From positions 96,001 to 160,000 of the IMG/VR virus record IMGVR_UViG_3300033463_000010: 64,000 bases of DNA; one strand, written 5' to 3'. Both the position numbers and the translations under genes were made by a program. The notes below the pieces were generated by a model, which saw nothing but the letters and a program-made list of their open reading frames with translations, was not told the origin of the DNA and did no database searches. This DNA is from a virus (Duplodnaviria; Caudoviricetes). Below, in pieces: positions 22,073-34,603 of the stretch (the stretch's first letter is position 1; each line of letters opens with the position of its first letter).

Positions 22073-22101
22073 AATATAACAAATTACCGTGTAGCTGTCA
22101 A
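22073..22101 (-). promoter_or_regulatory. promoter TTGACA-N17-TATATT with about 110-nt leader
   Basis: direct match. Confidence 0.85.
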
Positions 22102-24735
22102 TAGTAAATCTTAGATTTTTTTCAAAAATTATTCGTTGCGGTAATAGTCCCGCAGGCTGTCGTTGGAAATAGCATTCACAATTCGGTTGCGTAAAGCCCG
22201 TTCACGGTCGCCTACGCCACACTCCAAGTTAGCCACTTCATACCAGGCTAAAATAATGCCTATGTCACCATCGGTAAGGGACAGCTTGTTCTTTGGGGGT
22301 TCACGCTTTGGCGGTTCTTTCGGGTGGATTAGCGTGAGCGGGTAGATTAGAACGTCCAGGATTTTTTCAAGAATACCCATTACAAGAGTTCCTTTGGGAA
22401 CGGGTGTTCCTCAATATCAATCGTAAATCCGTGAGCAGCGGGTTTTCGTGCTTTCGGGATTTTCATTTCAATGGTGCAGGGTTCCACTATTCCAGGGATT
22501 CCCTGGAAAATGACACGCCAACTTTTCGGCTCATATTTCGGAGCGTTCGCAGGCTTGAAGTTTTTCGGTTTTTCAACTTTAATGCACATAGAGCTAACCT
22601 CGCTTGCAGCATTCGTCGGGAAAGTTTAGGGCACATTCAAACACGCTGTTCGTCACGGGCTGAAAGTGCTTTCAATTACGGCACTTGTCTTTCGGGATAT
22701 ACTTGACTGTAGCCTGGGCTTTGATTTCACGGGGTTCAAACATATTACACCTCTTGAAGTCTAGGACCAATGCGGGTGTCAGCACCCTCGGTAACACGGT
22801 AAGGGATTTCCAGGGCTGCTGCAACCTTGTTCACGATTTCAGCGTCATATCGCCAGGTTGTCCCGAACGTGCTGTGGTCCGCAATCGTTTGAAGTTTGTA
22901 GATACACTTTTCTGCCAACAGCTTTACTTCGGCACCCTTGATTTCACGACGTTGGCTTTTAGACATAATACCCCCTGGGTTAAAGCGTCAAATCTAACTT
23001 GTTCTTTTCGTAGCATTCGTCGCATACACGGTAGGTGTAAAGACTACCAGGAAGCCTGCGGACCGATTCGGTTTTCAGTCGGCAATACATACAGGGCTTT
23101 CCCTTGCGGAAAAGGTTCTTGAAAAAGACTTTGATTTTGTTCATAGCGGTTTTTCCTTTTGTTGGTTAAGGTTGTATTTTTTGCAAATTGCTTTATACAG
23201 GCGAACGCCACAGTGGATAGTGAGCGTCCCCAGGTTGTCTTCAACGTAAATCGCCCTGTTCCACCTGTGGAGTATTCCACGCTTGAAAATAACGGGGTTC
23301 GGGTCTGCCGTTATCTTCTTTGCCGTGTCCAGGTAGGGTTCCAGGTAATGCAATTCGTATTGTGTGCTAGACTGCGACACGGTAATAAATCCCTTGCCTA
23401 CATAACGGACCACTCCGCATATCGGGGCATACGTGTGGTCCGTGATATGGGCTTTATGGGCATACGTCATAATGTCGCTCATTTCGGGGATTCCTATATG
23501 TATAATCGCTTCTCGCCACATATTACTTTAACGGTCTAAAAAATATCCCGCCTTCTTCGTTAGCAGAATCTATCAATTCCACGGGATAAATCCTGGGCTT
23601 TTCATTCGGGTCCGTAACCAGGCTCATAGCCAGGAATGCTTTTTCCCTTGCTTCAAGCAGCGAACAGGTGAACACAGTGCAGTCTTCAATTTTTTGGAAC
23701 GGGGACGGCTTCCATTTCTTGTCAGCGTCCAGGTAGCTGCTTTTCCCGTCGCATTCCTTTACAAGAATGAAACGACGATTCGGGGGTTCAATGTTCAACG
23801 GGGCGTTGATTACCACCGTAGGCAGGTCTTCCATAGGACCGTCGGCAAACAAGATGGCTTGCTGCTTGTAGGTGCCGTCCGTAAAGTCCGCAGTAATCAA
23901 GTAGGTGTGCCAACCGATACGGCTGTCATCGCAGTAGAAACGGCATTTGAGCGTGTCAAGGTTGAACGTATCTTCATACACGTTCTTGATATGGTCTTTG
24001 AGTTCTTGAAGTGACTTGACTTCTACCATACGCTCCATAGATTCGTGGAGCGTGAAAAAACTTCCCGCAGGGCGAATACGCATTATTTCACCTCTTCTTT
24101 TAGATACATAATTGTCAACCCGCCAAAGCGGGATTTGTCCGTAAGGTTTGCCCCAACTTGCCAGGGGATTTCAATACGGACAGTCTTAATGTCGTTGCCG
24201 TCATATTCCTTGCAATAGCTGTCAATGTCATTATTGATAAACGTATTGGCTGCTTCTTCGGTGGAATGCTCCGTGACCGTCCGTATGCAGGGGTTTTCTA
24301 CAAGAGCCTTGTATAAGGGATTGTCAACCCTTTCGCAGCGTGTAACTCTAAACATATTGGACCCCTAGAAGTTGCGGACATACAGGTGGAACTTTTCGTC
24401 CTTGCTTTCAAACGTAAGCGTGAACTGCTTGTCGTCGTCACGCAGAAGCATAATACGGATAGAATAGAACAGGTCTGTGACCTGTTCCCAGGTGTCGCAT
24501 ACAAGAATTTCGTGGGGGTTGGCATAGTAGCCGTCAATGCTTACCTTGTTCGGCTCAAGGTTTCTAATCGCACTGCGGAGCTGTTCAAGAACAACATCTT
24601 TCCAGGGGCGTGTCGGGTCCGCAACGAATTGGAATTGAAGCGGGTTGTTGTTTTTGGTATTTTCCCAAACACCTGTGAACATTTTTACGGGAACGTGCAT
24701 TTGATTATCCTCGGTTGTGGTTTAACTTCACCCTA

Positions 24736-24764
24736 AATATAATAAAATACCTGTGTGCTGTCAA
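24736..24764 (-). promoter_or_regulatory. promoter with aaatacctgt/acaggtattt inverted repeat
   Basis: direct match; drives 24365..24700 through aaccac..accgagga. Confidence 0.9.
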
Positions 24765-24794
24765 CAGGTATTTCAAAAATTTTTAATTTTTATT

Positions 24795-25199
24795 TTAGGG
24801 TTCTGCGTCGTCAAAATGCCCGCAGCCTTTGATACGCTCCCCGCACATAGGGCAGAACTTGATAGCCACCGCTACCCAATCGCCATTCTGCGTATATACG
24901 GACAGGTAGTTGTCTTCGTCAATGAAGGCTTCGTCCTTTCCCCTGTCTGCAAACAGTGGGAACCGCTTTGCTTCTTCATTGGTTTCGTGGTCGCAATACT
25001 CACACATAGGCTAGAACTCCAACTTTTGCCCGCACATAGGGCAGAACTTGATTTTGATAGAGTGCAGGGCGAAATCCCAACCGTCCCTACGGACCGCAAG
25101 CCTGCCCGTATTCATTAACCGAAACAGGTCGCTGCCCTCACCGAAATCTGCTCCCGCCTGTAATCCGTCTTTATGGGTGGTCTTGCAATACTTACACAT
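24795..25199 (-). CDS. two tandem Zn-ribbon proteins (24795-25007, 25011-25199)
   Basis: MC(E/K)YC...IKFCPMCG. Confidence 0.75.
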
Positions 25200-27105
25200 T
25201 GGTAGCCCCCAGGATTTCACGGAACTTCGCCACGGCTGCGTCGTTCAAGGTTTTGTATTTCATACACATAGCTTGCATTTTGGCGATAACGTCTTCTGCG
25301 GATATTTCGGTAAGTTCTGCAAAGAACGGGATTTCGGTAATCTTTTCGTTGGCGACACGCTTTGAAAGTTCTATGAACCCGCCCTTGATTTCCACGGACC
25401 ACGGAGTTATTTCGGGAACCGTGTATGCACTGTCAGTTCCTACAAGTCTTCCCGACAATCCGAGAGAGTCGCCTTCCTTGCCAACTTCCTGGATTAGAAC
25501 GTAATTGTCCCAGGGGTTGTCTTTTAGGACAAACGTCTTACCCACCAGGCATTTCCTGTAATGACCCAAAATGTCAAGGCACAGCTTTTCGGCATCCAGG
25601 TTCAATGCTGTGCTTTCACCCAGGGACGCTTCTAACTCTTTTAGCAGTGCGTCTTCGGCAGCGGTCCGCTTCTTAATCTGTTGGAGCCTGTTTAGAATGT
25701 TGGCACGTTGCACACGGTCGGGTTCGTAGATTCGTGTTTTAAGGTAATCGTGATAAACCTGGTAAGCCGTGATTAGCTCTTTTGGTGTTTCAATCATAAT
25801 CCTATCCTTGACTTTCTAATTGTAATATAGCACCAGGGCTTTTATTTTCAATTCGGGAGTTCGGGCAGTTCAAAAGAACTTCCAGGACGACTGCGAGCAT
25901 TTCCTTTAAGTTTTCAAACGAATAGGTATGCTCCCACAGTGAGAACCCAATACGGTATTTTTCCAGGCGTTCTTTAAGCGGTTCCGTGATAGGCTTCACT
26001 AGGGATAGGTCTTCTTTCCAATCGGGACCGTAGGAAAGGATTCGGCTACCGTGGATTCCTTCTTTCGTTGCGGTGTTTAGTGTCACCTTGCCGTTGTGTT
26101 CCACCAGGTCTTTCGCAAAGCAGGCTACCGTCCGCAGGTCACACAGGAACCTGCCCGTGAACGGGTCCCCGTGCTGTAACAGACCGTCCAAACGTTGCTT
26201 CCGTTTATGCAGGGCAACTTCAACGTCGGTCATTACTCTTGTGGTTTCTTCGGTTATTTGCTGCATACGCTATTCCAGGTCAATTTTTTTGCAGGTGTAT
26301 TCGTCGCCTGTCTTTTCGGGGTTCCAGGTGTAGCACAGAATAGAGAAATGCGGACCGTCGTCAAGGACAAACGTAATGAACGCCACGAACTGTTCAAGTG
26401 CTTTCTGTTCATACAGCGAAATGCGTGTAGGAACTTCGGGGAACTGCTTTGCGATTTCGGCTTTGCAGTTTTTGGTCGTGGTGGTCATCCATTCCTTGAT
26501 AGTGTCGTAATTGAACTCTTTGGGGAGTTCCATTTCATAGGCAATCTTGACGATTTCTGTAATAGCTTCAAATTTATTTTTCATTTTTCTGTTCCTTTGT
26601 TTCGGATTGTTTCTTTTGTAAAACGTAGTTTATGCACCTGCAAAGAATAGCCCCGCAGGTTTGGAATGACTCAACGCTCTTATCGTAATCCTGGACTTGA
26701 TAGGCTGCGAACGCTTCTGCCATTTCACGCATAAGCATATTGTCGGCACATTCCAGGTCGGAGCGGGAAATCGCCCGTAAGGACATAAGCCACGACCCCG
26801 CCTTTTCGTTCGTGAAGTGCCTACACAGAACAGGCTTTTCTAGCAAATGCTGTTCTAGCTTTTTCTGTATTCCGTCCACGCTACTTGTGTAATCCATTTT
26901 GAGCCTTCTTTTTCAGCAGAGTTTCTTCACGCTTGATATGCTTGCCAATATAGCTTAAAATATACTTGTTACATTCAAGTGCCCCGTCAAGCTGCGGGGC
27001 TTCCCAGGAACAGCAGCAACGTCGGTAGTTGTATAAATTCTGCCGTTGGTTATCCAGGGCTTTCTTGATAGTCTTCAAAGTTTTCAAGTCCATAGGTTGT
27101 CCCCG

Positions 27106-27693
27106 TTAGAAAAGTGGTTCGGTCCGTTCTTCAATGTATTCAACAGCCTGGATAATCAAGTCAAGCCAAACACGGATTCGCTTCAACCCCTTAATCTTTG
27201 CGTTAGGGTCCTTAATAGCCTTGTCCTTTGCGTAATAGGTGTCAACGGGTTCCTGGAACGGCTTACCGATTTCGTTGGCGATAGCCTTGCAGGTGTCGTG
27301 CCACAGGCTGCTAGAATATGCAGCTATGGTCCCAAGCGGACCCGCAGCGTCGCCCAGGACCTTTACTTCCGCTAGACCCCTTTGGGCAGGGTCGGAAATG
27401 TTAGTTTCAAAATATATAAACGCAGCGATTACAGCGTCCATCCAAACACGGACCCGCTTCAATGAACGGACCTTAATGTTTTCGTCGTTAATGGCTGCGT
27501 CTTCCCTGTAATACTTGTCGGCAGCGGTGAGCAGCTTTTCGTTGTCGTAGTTGTTTACGCCATCGGAGTAGGCTTCCCACAGTTTAGGCGTAAGGACCAT
27601 AAGGACCCCAAGCGGGTCCGCAACATACTTGCCCGCAATCTTGTTCTCAACGTCACCGCCCTCGTAAAAGCTATACTTTTTCTTCTGTTCCAT
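27106..27693 (-). CDS. hypothetical protein with two internal repeats
   Basis: YYREDAAINDENIKVRSLKRVRVWMD and YYAKDKAIKDPNAKIKGLKRIRVWLD; start moved to MEQKK (aagga RBS). Confidence 0.75.
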   Translation of the reverse strand: MEQKKKYSFYEGGDVENKIAGKYVADPLGVLMVLTPKLWEAYSDGVNNYDNEKLLTAADKYYREDAAINDENIKVRSLKRVRVWMDAVIAAFIYFETNISDPAQRGLAEVKVLGDAAGPLGTIAAYSSSLWHDTCKAIANEIGKPFQEPVDTYYAKDKAIKDPNAKIKGLKRIRVWLDLIIQAVEYIEERTEPLF

Positions 27694-30600
27694 TTTCTTG
27701 TTCCTTTGGGTTATCCAGGCTATTAAGATACCAAGCATACCTCGCAGCGTAGTGCAGGATAATATCAAAATGCAGGGCGTAGTTCCTTGTCTTCTTTGCG
27801 AATCGCACACCCACGGATTGCCCGTTAATAAAGCTGTCGTATTCGTTAGGGGGCATATCCTTTGGTGCCAGGTCGTTACGGATTCCGTCCTTGCCAATGT
27901 AAATCTTGAACAGCGGATAGCCGTTTTCCACCTTGATTTCAAACAGCGGGTGCGACAACCAATAGACGACTGTGAAACCGTCGTCACCGTCTTTTTCTGT
28001 AATGAACCGCAAGGCGTGACAGAAGCGGGCATAGTTTTCAAGGCACCACTTTACAGACGACGCTTGCTTTACACCGTCGTAGCCTGCGAACTCATATCGC
28101 ACACCGCAGTCGTGCGGGTTGATTTCGGGGAGGCTCTTTAAAATTTCAATAACGCTCATAGTTTGTTCCTTAATTATACCACGCTAATTTGCTTAAAAAG
28201 GCACGGGCTTCTTCGGACGAATTAAAACAAAGTTTTCCGTGGCGTTTAGAATGCCACTCACCCGAACCGTCCTTGCTAATGCGGGTGTCCTTATAATGAT
28301 GCCAAAACCTTTCCCACGTATGCTTATGCTGCGGATAGAATTTTCCACGCTTGTAGGCGATACGGTGCGAGTTGTTCACAGCCAGGAACCATTCGCCCAT
28401 AATGAGCTTGTAAAGCGACGAGCCTATACCCCAACAAATGATTCCGAATAAAGTGGCTAGGCAGCAAATGATTACAATTTCAATCATAGAAACCCTTTAC
28501 TTGATTTTGTGTTTCACATAACATTCGGGGCACACTGTAACTTTGCGGACGCACACCGTCCCCAATTCATAAATCCTGGCAACCGCCTTAATGGGGTGCT
28601 GCGTAGGCTTACGGCAGTTCACGCAGATATTTGACGAAAACAGACCCATATTACCCCTGGTTGCCCGTATAGGCTTTCAAGATTTGTTCCAGGTAGTCCA
28701 TATTTTCCAGGCACAGGTCTTCGGCACGTTTCAGTTTATCGCAAAATTCCTTTATGCTCCAATGACTATTAGGGTGTTTAGCCAAATAGAATTGAACATT
28801 GAAATAGCGACAAATGTTCCGACGTGCGGACCATAACGCCCGCTTACGCATAAGTGCGTTAATGTCAGCTTTGCCCTTACTTTCGGACAACAGGTTATAG
28901 CGGTTCTTCCACCGTGCAAGTTCCTTTTTAGCCCCGTCCTGCTGTTGTTCCATTTGCGAAATGAGCAGGTCCACGTCGTCCTTGTAATAGAACACCGTAG
29001 GTTCTTCCCAGGTCTTCTCTTTTTCATTCACGACGCAAATTCGTCTTGTCCGTAAGTCAGCCTTATTCATTGGTTGCCCCGCTTTGCCCGATTAAGGTCA
29101 AATTCCATTTTGGATATGATAGCTTTGAGTTTATTGTTTTCGTTACGCAGCTTTATATTTGCCCGTAACTCTTTGTTGAATTTGACCCGATACTTTTCAA
29201 GGTTCCCAAGCAGCGACTTGTTTTGCTGTTCGGAAAATTCCAGGGCTGCTGCCCATTCCTTTTCGGTCATAGGTCTATTCAGCTTCAGTGTCTTTATCTT
29301 TCTTTTCATTTTCTACCGTGTCTTCGGGGAATGCGTCAAACAGTTCGTTGGCGAGCCTGTCTGCTATCGTGATATTTTCAATGACCGTTGCAGTTTGCAT
29401 AGGGTCGTCACAAATACAACTCTTGCACAGCATAACCGCACTTCTCAAGTCCCACAGCTTGTTATACAAGTCCATCGGACGCATATCCATTTGTGCGTCG
29501 TAGGCAGGCTTGCTGACAGTGTAGGCGAATTGTTCCGTGGACGGTTGTATATCCATTTCATAGATATGGACTTCCCTGGAGTTGTGGGAACCCTTCCACT
29601 GCAAGGCAATTTTTTCGGCTGCTTCCCTTGACGGTAGCCCGTCAATATGGTCCATAGCTGCGGGAGCGTTCCCGTATGCGTCGCTGATTGTAAATAAAAT
29701 TCCCCACATAGTTAAATCCTCGGCACACGCTTAACACGCTTTACTTTGAGAAGTCCCAAACGCTTCTTTGCTTCGCAGCGTTCACACAGCGGGTGATATT
29801 CGTTTGCATAGAACGCCTCCCCGCAATTCATACAGTCATACCAATTATCTTCACCATTGAGCCACGCCATAGTTATTTACCTCTTGAAAGTTTATCGCCA
29901 CACAACGGGCAGAATTTGAATTTGAAAACCGCCATACGGTCCACGAACTGCGGGTCGCCCTCGTTGTTAATTACATTAAAATAACCCTGGTCGTCAAGGA
30001 TAGCGTCAATATCCTTGTCCTGGGACTTGATGGACGATTGCGTTTTACACGGACAAAGTTTTTTAGTCATACGTTACTTACCCCAATTTTCGCCAATATA
30101 CTTCTTTACCATATTCTTGTCGTAGTGGTCGGAACCCGTGCAGATACATTCAAATTTGCAACGGCAGCAATAGTGCCAATCGCCACGGTAGGGACAATTT
30201 TTCATAGTTTTGTAGTCGTCGGCAAGTTTGTGTGGGTGCGAGTCCCTTTGCTGCTTTTTAGACAGCAGGTCTTTCAGTTTAGCCGTCACGCTTAAAGCAG
30301 CCCAATTCTGTTCGGGCAGGGACTTTATAATTTCCTGGGCTTCGTCCACGGTCAGTTCCACACAGATAATGTCTTGCCGTTGCTGCATAGGCTATTCCTT
30401 TCCGTCCAAAATCTTGCTTACCTTAAAGTCAATAGCAAGGATTAAATTCAAGCCTACACCCGATTGCAGGGGGCTGAGGTGGCAAATACCGTAGAACAGG
30501 TCGGAATGGTTCCACCCAAGCGATTCCCGTTTGGTCTTGATGGCTTCTACCAAGTGTTTAGCAATGTCGTCCACGTCCTGTTCGGTAGGTTCATTGTCAA

Positions 30601-32142
30601 TGCTATATGGCAAGGTGTAGGCTACGTCACAGGTCTTTTCGTTCCGCAATTCAAAAAAGAAGATATGGGGATTGTTGAGGAGGTGGTTATAGCGGTTCAT
30701 AAAGGTGTTCCTTATAGTTCGGGGTTACTTGCCGATTTCTACACAGTGAAATCTGTGTGACAAATCTACCTGCCACACGTTGCCTTCAGCCCTAAAATCC
30801 TTGACACGGTTTTGAGCGACGAAAGAATGACCTGCTTCAATGCAAGCCTTTTCGGTCTTGAAATAGTGAATGACCGTAGAGGTCACAGGGGAGTTAGGCG
30901 TAATCTTGCCGTTGGCTCCCAATAAAGTAAACAATACTAAAACCCACATAATTATTTCCTGTTAAAAAGTATGATTAAACTAATGACTACCGCAAGAAGG
31001 GCACAGGCTAGGTTATGTGACACAATCCCGACGGTTAGGGCTGTCGCCATAGCCATAAGTGTAGCTGCAACTTGCACACGCCTTGCGGTCCACCAGGATT
31101 CCTTGACTTCCCGTTTCGGTGCTTCGTGGAACAATCCGTTCTTCATAGCACAACCCAGGCAAACGCTACGGGGCTTACCGCTTGCGAACGTTTCACCGCA
31201 AATAACGCATTTACGGGTTTTGTTGTAGTTCGGGAACTTGCGGTCAAATTCCGCTTTAAGTTTCTTTTCGTCTAAATTCCAACCGTCCATTATTTCTTAC
31301 GCTCCCAATGGTTTGGGGACACTTCTTCATATCCCCAAGATTCAAAAAGTTTTCTAGCATCTTCTGTGACGGCAACAGAAATAAATCCTGTTACGGGTCT
31401 TTTGCGTTGTATCATCTTGGAAGCCTCTATAATGGTTTCCTTGATGCTTTTCTTGATAGGTTCGGCAATACCTTTGCCGTCGTTAAGTTTTTCTTCTGTG
31501 AAACTCATTGTTTTTCCCATTGGTCCTTTGCTACTTCAACGTAGCCATTTTCACGGAGCATTTCTTCGGCACGTTTCTTGTCCTGCTCACTGTGACAAAA
31601 GATAGTTCCACGGTTAATATCTACGGGACCCTGGTTCACTTTTACAAGCGTATCGTGCATATCCCGCATAGCCCCGATAATCTGTTCAACGGTGGGTTCA
31701 GTCCAACTTGTCGGGGTAGCGGGCTTCACCAATTTCTTTTTTGAGTTTGAGGTATTCATTCCACTTCTTTTCCATTTCGGGGCTGCACCATTCGTTATGC
31801 GGGACAATCCTGTAAGTCACTTTGCGTTCCACAACCGTGAACGGGCACTTGTCAGTGGTTTCAGTCTGCGAGCGGGTCTGCGTGAACACGTCCTGCAAAG
31901 TAAGGCAGGTCCACATAGTCGGTGCATTGGGGTCGCTCCCGAACTTTACACGATAGTCAATATCGGGTTTCTTGTATTCAACCTTTTCCGAAGCGGGGCG
32001 GTCAACGGTAAACGATTCAAGCAACTTTACAAGGTCTTTCTTGAAGACGTTTACGCAGCTTCCCGTGAAGTAGGTTCCCCCGTCTTCACGCTTATAGGAA
32101 AGTTTCTTTGCCTTCGGATTGTGCGTAAGCTGTTTAAGCAGT

Positions 32143-32856
32143 TTAAGGATTTGTTCCTTTTCGGTCGTTCTCATTTGAGTTTTCCTCACGGGCTTTTAAG
32201 GTTACGTGGCTGTTTACTATTTCTTCTAAAACAAACTTCAAGTATTTATAGTTTTCGTTCGTTACGTCTTCCCAGGCTACGGGCGTAGTGAAGCACACGA
32301 CACCAGGCTTTACGCTAGTAGGCAAGAACAGGTAATCCACCGTTGCGATATAGTAGCGGGCATCCCCGATTTCCGACCATTTACCGATAGAAAGGACTTC
32401 TTTCTTGCTGTCGTAGATAACGTTAATTCCCTTGACCTGTTGGTTAAGAAGTCGCCATACACGGGTAATGCTCCACGTTCTGTCATTGAGTTCGTCATAG
32501 ACACCCGTAGCAATTTTCTTGATTTGGCTACAAAACAGTGCGTAGTTACTGCACGGGTTCGGTATCGCCAAAATGGTCCCGTCGTCAAGCGGGACGGAAT
32601 AGGTCCCAACGTCTTCGGGGTGGAATGTCATATCCTCAATCGGGAGCTGTTCATACCAGGGCGAAAGACGCTTACCGCACATAGGGCAGAAGTGAATCCC
32701 TAGTTGGAGCGGTTCGCTTTCGTCGTAATTCACACGCATAACGGGTTCGCCCGTGTTTTCGCTCACACCGATTTCCACAAGCGACGCACCGCCCAGGGAA
32801 TTTCTAGCCAACGGCTTGAACAATCCGTTATCGTTCTTTTCACAATACTTGCACAT
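32143..32856 (-). CDS. Zn-ribbon (FCPMCG) domain fused to an unknown domain
   Basis: MCKYC...HFCPMCG N-terminus. Confidence 0.7.
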   Translation of the reverse strand: MCKYCEKNDNGLFKPLARNSLGGASLVEIGVSENTGEPVMRVNYDESEPLQLGIHFCPMCGKRLSPWYEQLPIEDMTFHPEDVGTYSVPLDDGTILAIPNPCSNYALFCSQIKKIATGVYDELNDRTWSITRVWRLLNQQVKGINVIYDSKKEVLSIGKWSEIGDARYYIATVDYLFLPTSVKPGVVCFTTPVAWEDVTNENYKYLKFVLEEIVNSHVTLKAREENSNENDRKGTNP

Positions 32857-34057
32857 TGTAAAATCCTTTAATGGGTCCTATGTTAGATATAGCACAACAA
32901 CGACAATTAGATAGAATGCGAACACCACCAATCCTGGGTGATTTCGCCCTTTTCGGGAATGTCCGACAGTTTCACAACGTAGTCGTCCAGGGGTGCCGTG
33001 CCGTCCGAATTGTTTACAGTTACGACGGCACACAGCCCGTCGGCAGGGTAATACCCCACTGACACTTCCCCGAAGCTAATGCGGGGTTGTAGCTTCTGTT
33101 CTACCTGCCCGCATTCGCCCTGGAATTTCAGCAGTGCTTTATTTAGCTTCGGGTGCTTCATAGCTTATTCACGGATTCCACCCACTTTTCGTAGGCTTGA
33201 ACCGCCTTGTCCTTTTGGCGTTTAAGGTGGTCTGTGGCTGCGTCTATCACGTCGGTAGGCATTCTATTGCCTGGGACAAAAGAAAGCCCCTGGTAACGCC
33301 TGGTGGCACAGAAAGACGAGAAATACTCAACCGTGGGCGGGTTCTTTTTGACCTTGCCCATATATTCGTGAAATTCCAGGCACTTGATTGCCACGTCGTA
33401 ATCCAACATAATGTTGTCGTTCTGTTGGTAAGCCTGGAACACACGCATATAAATGGTTTCACAGGACGTTCCGTCGTAACCGTAGCCGTGGCTAGTGGAC
33501 TCCGTGAATTTAAGGACCACGGGGTTATGCTCCGAAACGGTCCGCATAAGGTCTGCAAGTTCAAGCAATTCCATAGGTAGCCCCCATTAGCACTTGAAGC
33601 CGTGGCTTCTCAAAATACCATAATAGTGTTCGGCAAGTTCCAACCATTTCTTGTGGTGCCTTGCATAGTCGGTATGTTCCTTGAAAAGTTCGGCTTTCTT
33701 TTCATTGTTGGATTCCATAAGGTATTTGCCGAAAGCGTCGTCGCTGATACGCTTCGCTTCCTTTGCTTTGAGCAAGCAGCGTTTGGCGTTGGAGCGGTGC
33801 GAAACGTCCTGGGCATAATACATTTCGTATCTGTAGTGCTTGACGGTTTCTTCCACGCAGTCTGCATAGGCGTTCATACCAACTTCAAAAGCGGAACGCA
33901 TACCGTCAAGCATAATGCCCGTGAGTTTCTTCCAGGCACTTTCGGTTACAGAAATCCCCAAGCTAGTCAAAGCACCATACAGCCTCCCGCAAACTTTCGT
34001 GTAGGGGGCTTCCATCCTATTTACGGCATTCTTTACAATTTCGTTGCGGTCCATAGT

Positions 34058-34603
34058 CTATACCTTGTTGTAATGTTCCCAAATATCACGGGCGAAATCC
34101 ACCCACTTGTTGTAGGTCATTGACTTCGGGGCATACGGTTTATACAGGGTTTCAAAAAACGGTTCCCAACCCTTTTTAGCGATTACACGGACTGCCGACG
34201 AGGACAGGTCACGCAGGGGTGCAGGGCTAGGGATAAAGATTGTCGGGTATTCACCGTGGGAAATGTTATAGTTGTAGCCCGCCATAGGCATTTCCACGTC
34301 CAGGTCTATTGCAGAGCGAACGCCTCGGATTAGAACGATACGGTCCGCAACGTCGGTCATAGCCATAAGTTCGTCGCAGTAGTCGCAGATAAACCCGCCC
34401 GTGTGTTCGGGCTTAATCCAGGTTGCGTCCTGGACCCATTGGGCACGTTTTTCTTTGGGGACGCTGTATTCCTTCTGCGGGTTGTCCGCTAAAACGATTT
34501 GAACCATATCGTCGCCAAAGATATGCTTTGCCGTTTCAATGACTGCGATATGCCCTGCGTGAATAGGATTGAAACTTCCTGCATAGACAGCTAGTGTGTT
34601 CAC
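34058..34603 (-). CDS. coaD: phosphopantetheine adenylyltransferase-like protein
   Basis: AVYAGSFNPIHAGH, NPQK, IRGVR..D...E..MA..N, LSSSAVR; GTG start overlapping the upstream stop. Confidence 0.8.
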   Translation of the reverse strand: MNTLAVYAGSFNPIHAGHIAVIETAKHIFGDDMVQIVLADNPQKEYSVPKEKRAQWVQDATWIKPEHTGGFICDYCDELMAMTDVADRIVLIRGVRSAIDLDVEMPMAGYNYNISHGEYPTIFIPSPAPLRDLSSSAVRVIAKKGWEPFFETLYKPYAPKSMTYNKWVDFARDIWEHYNKV

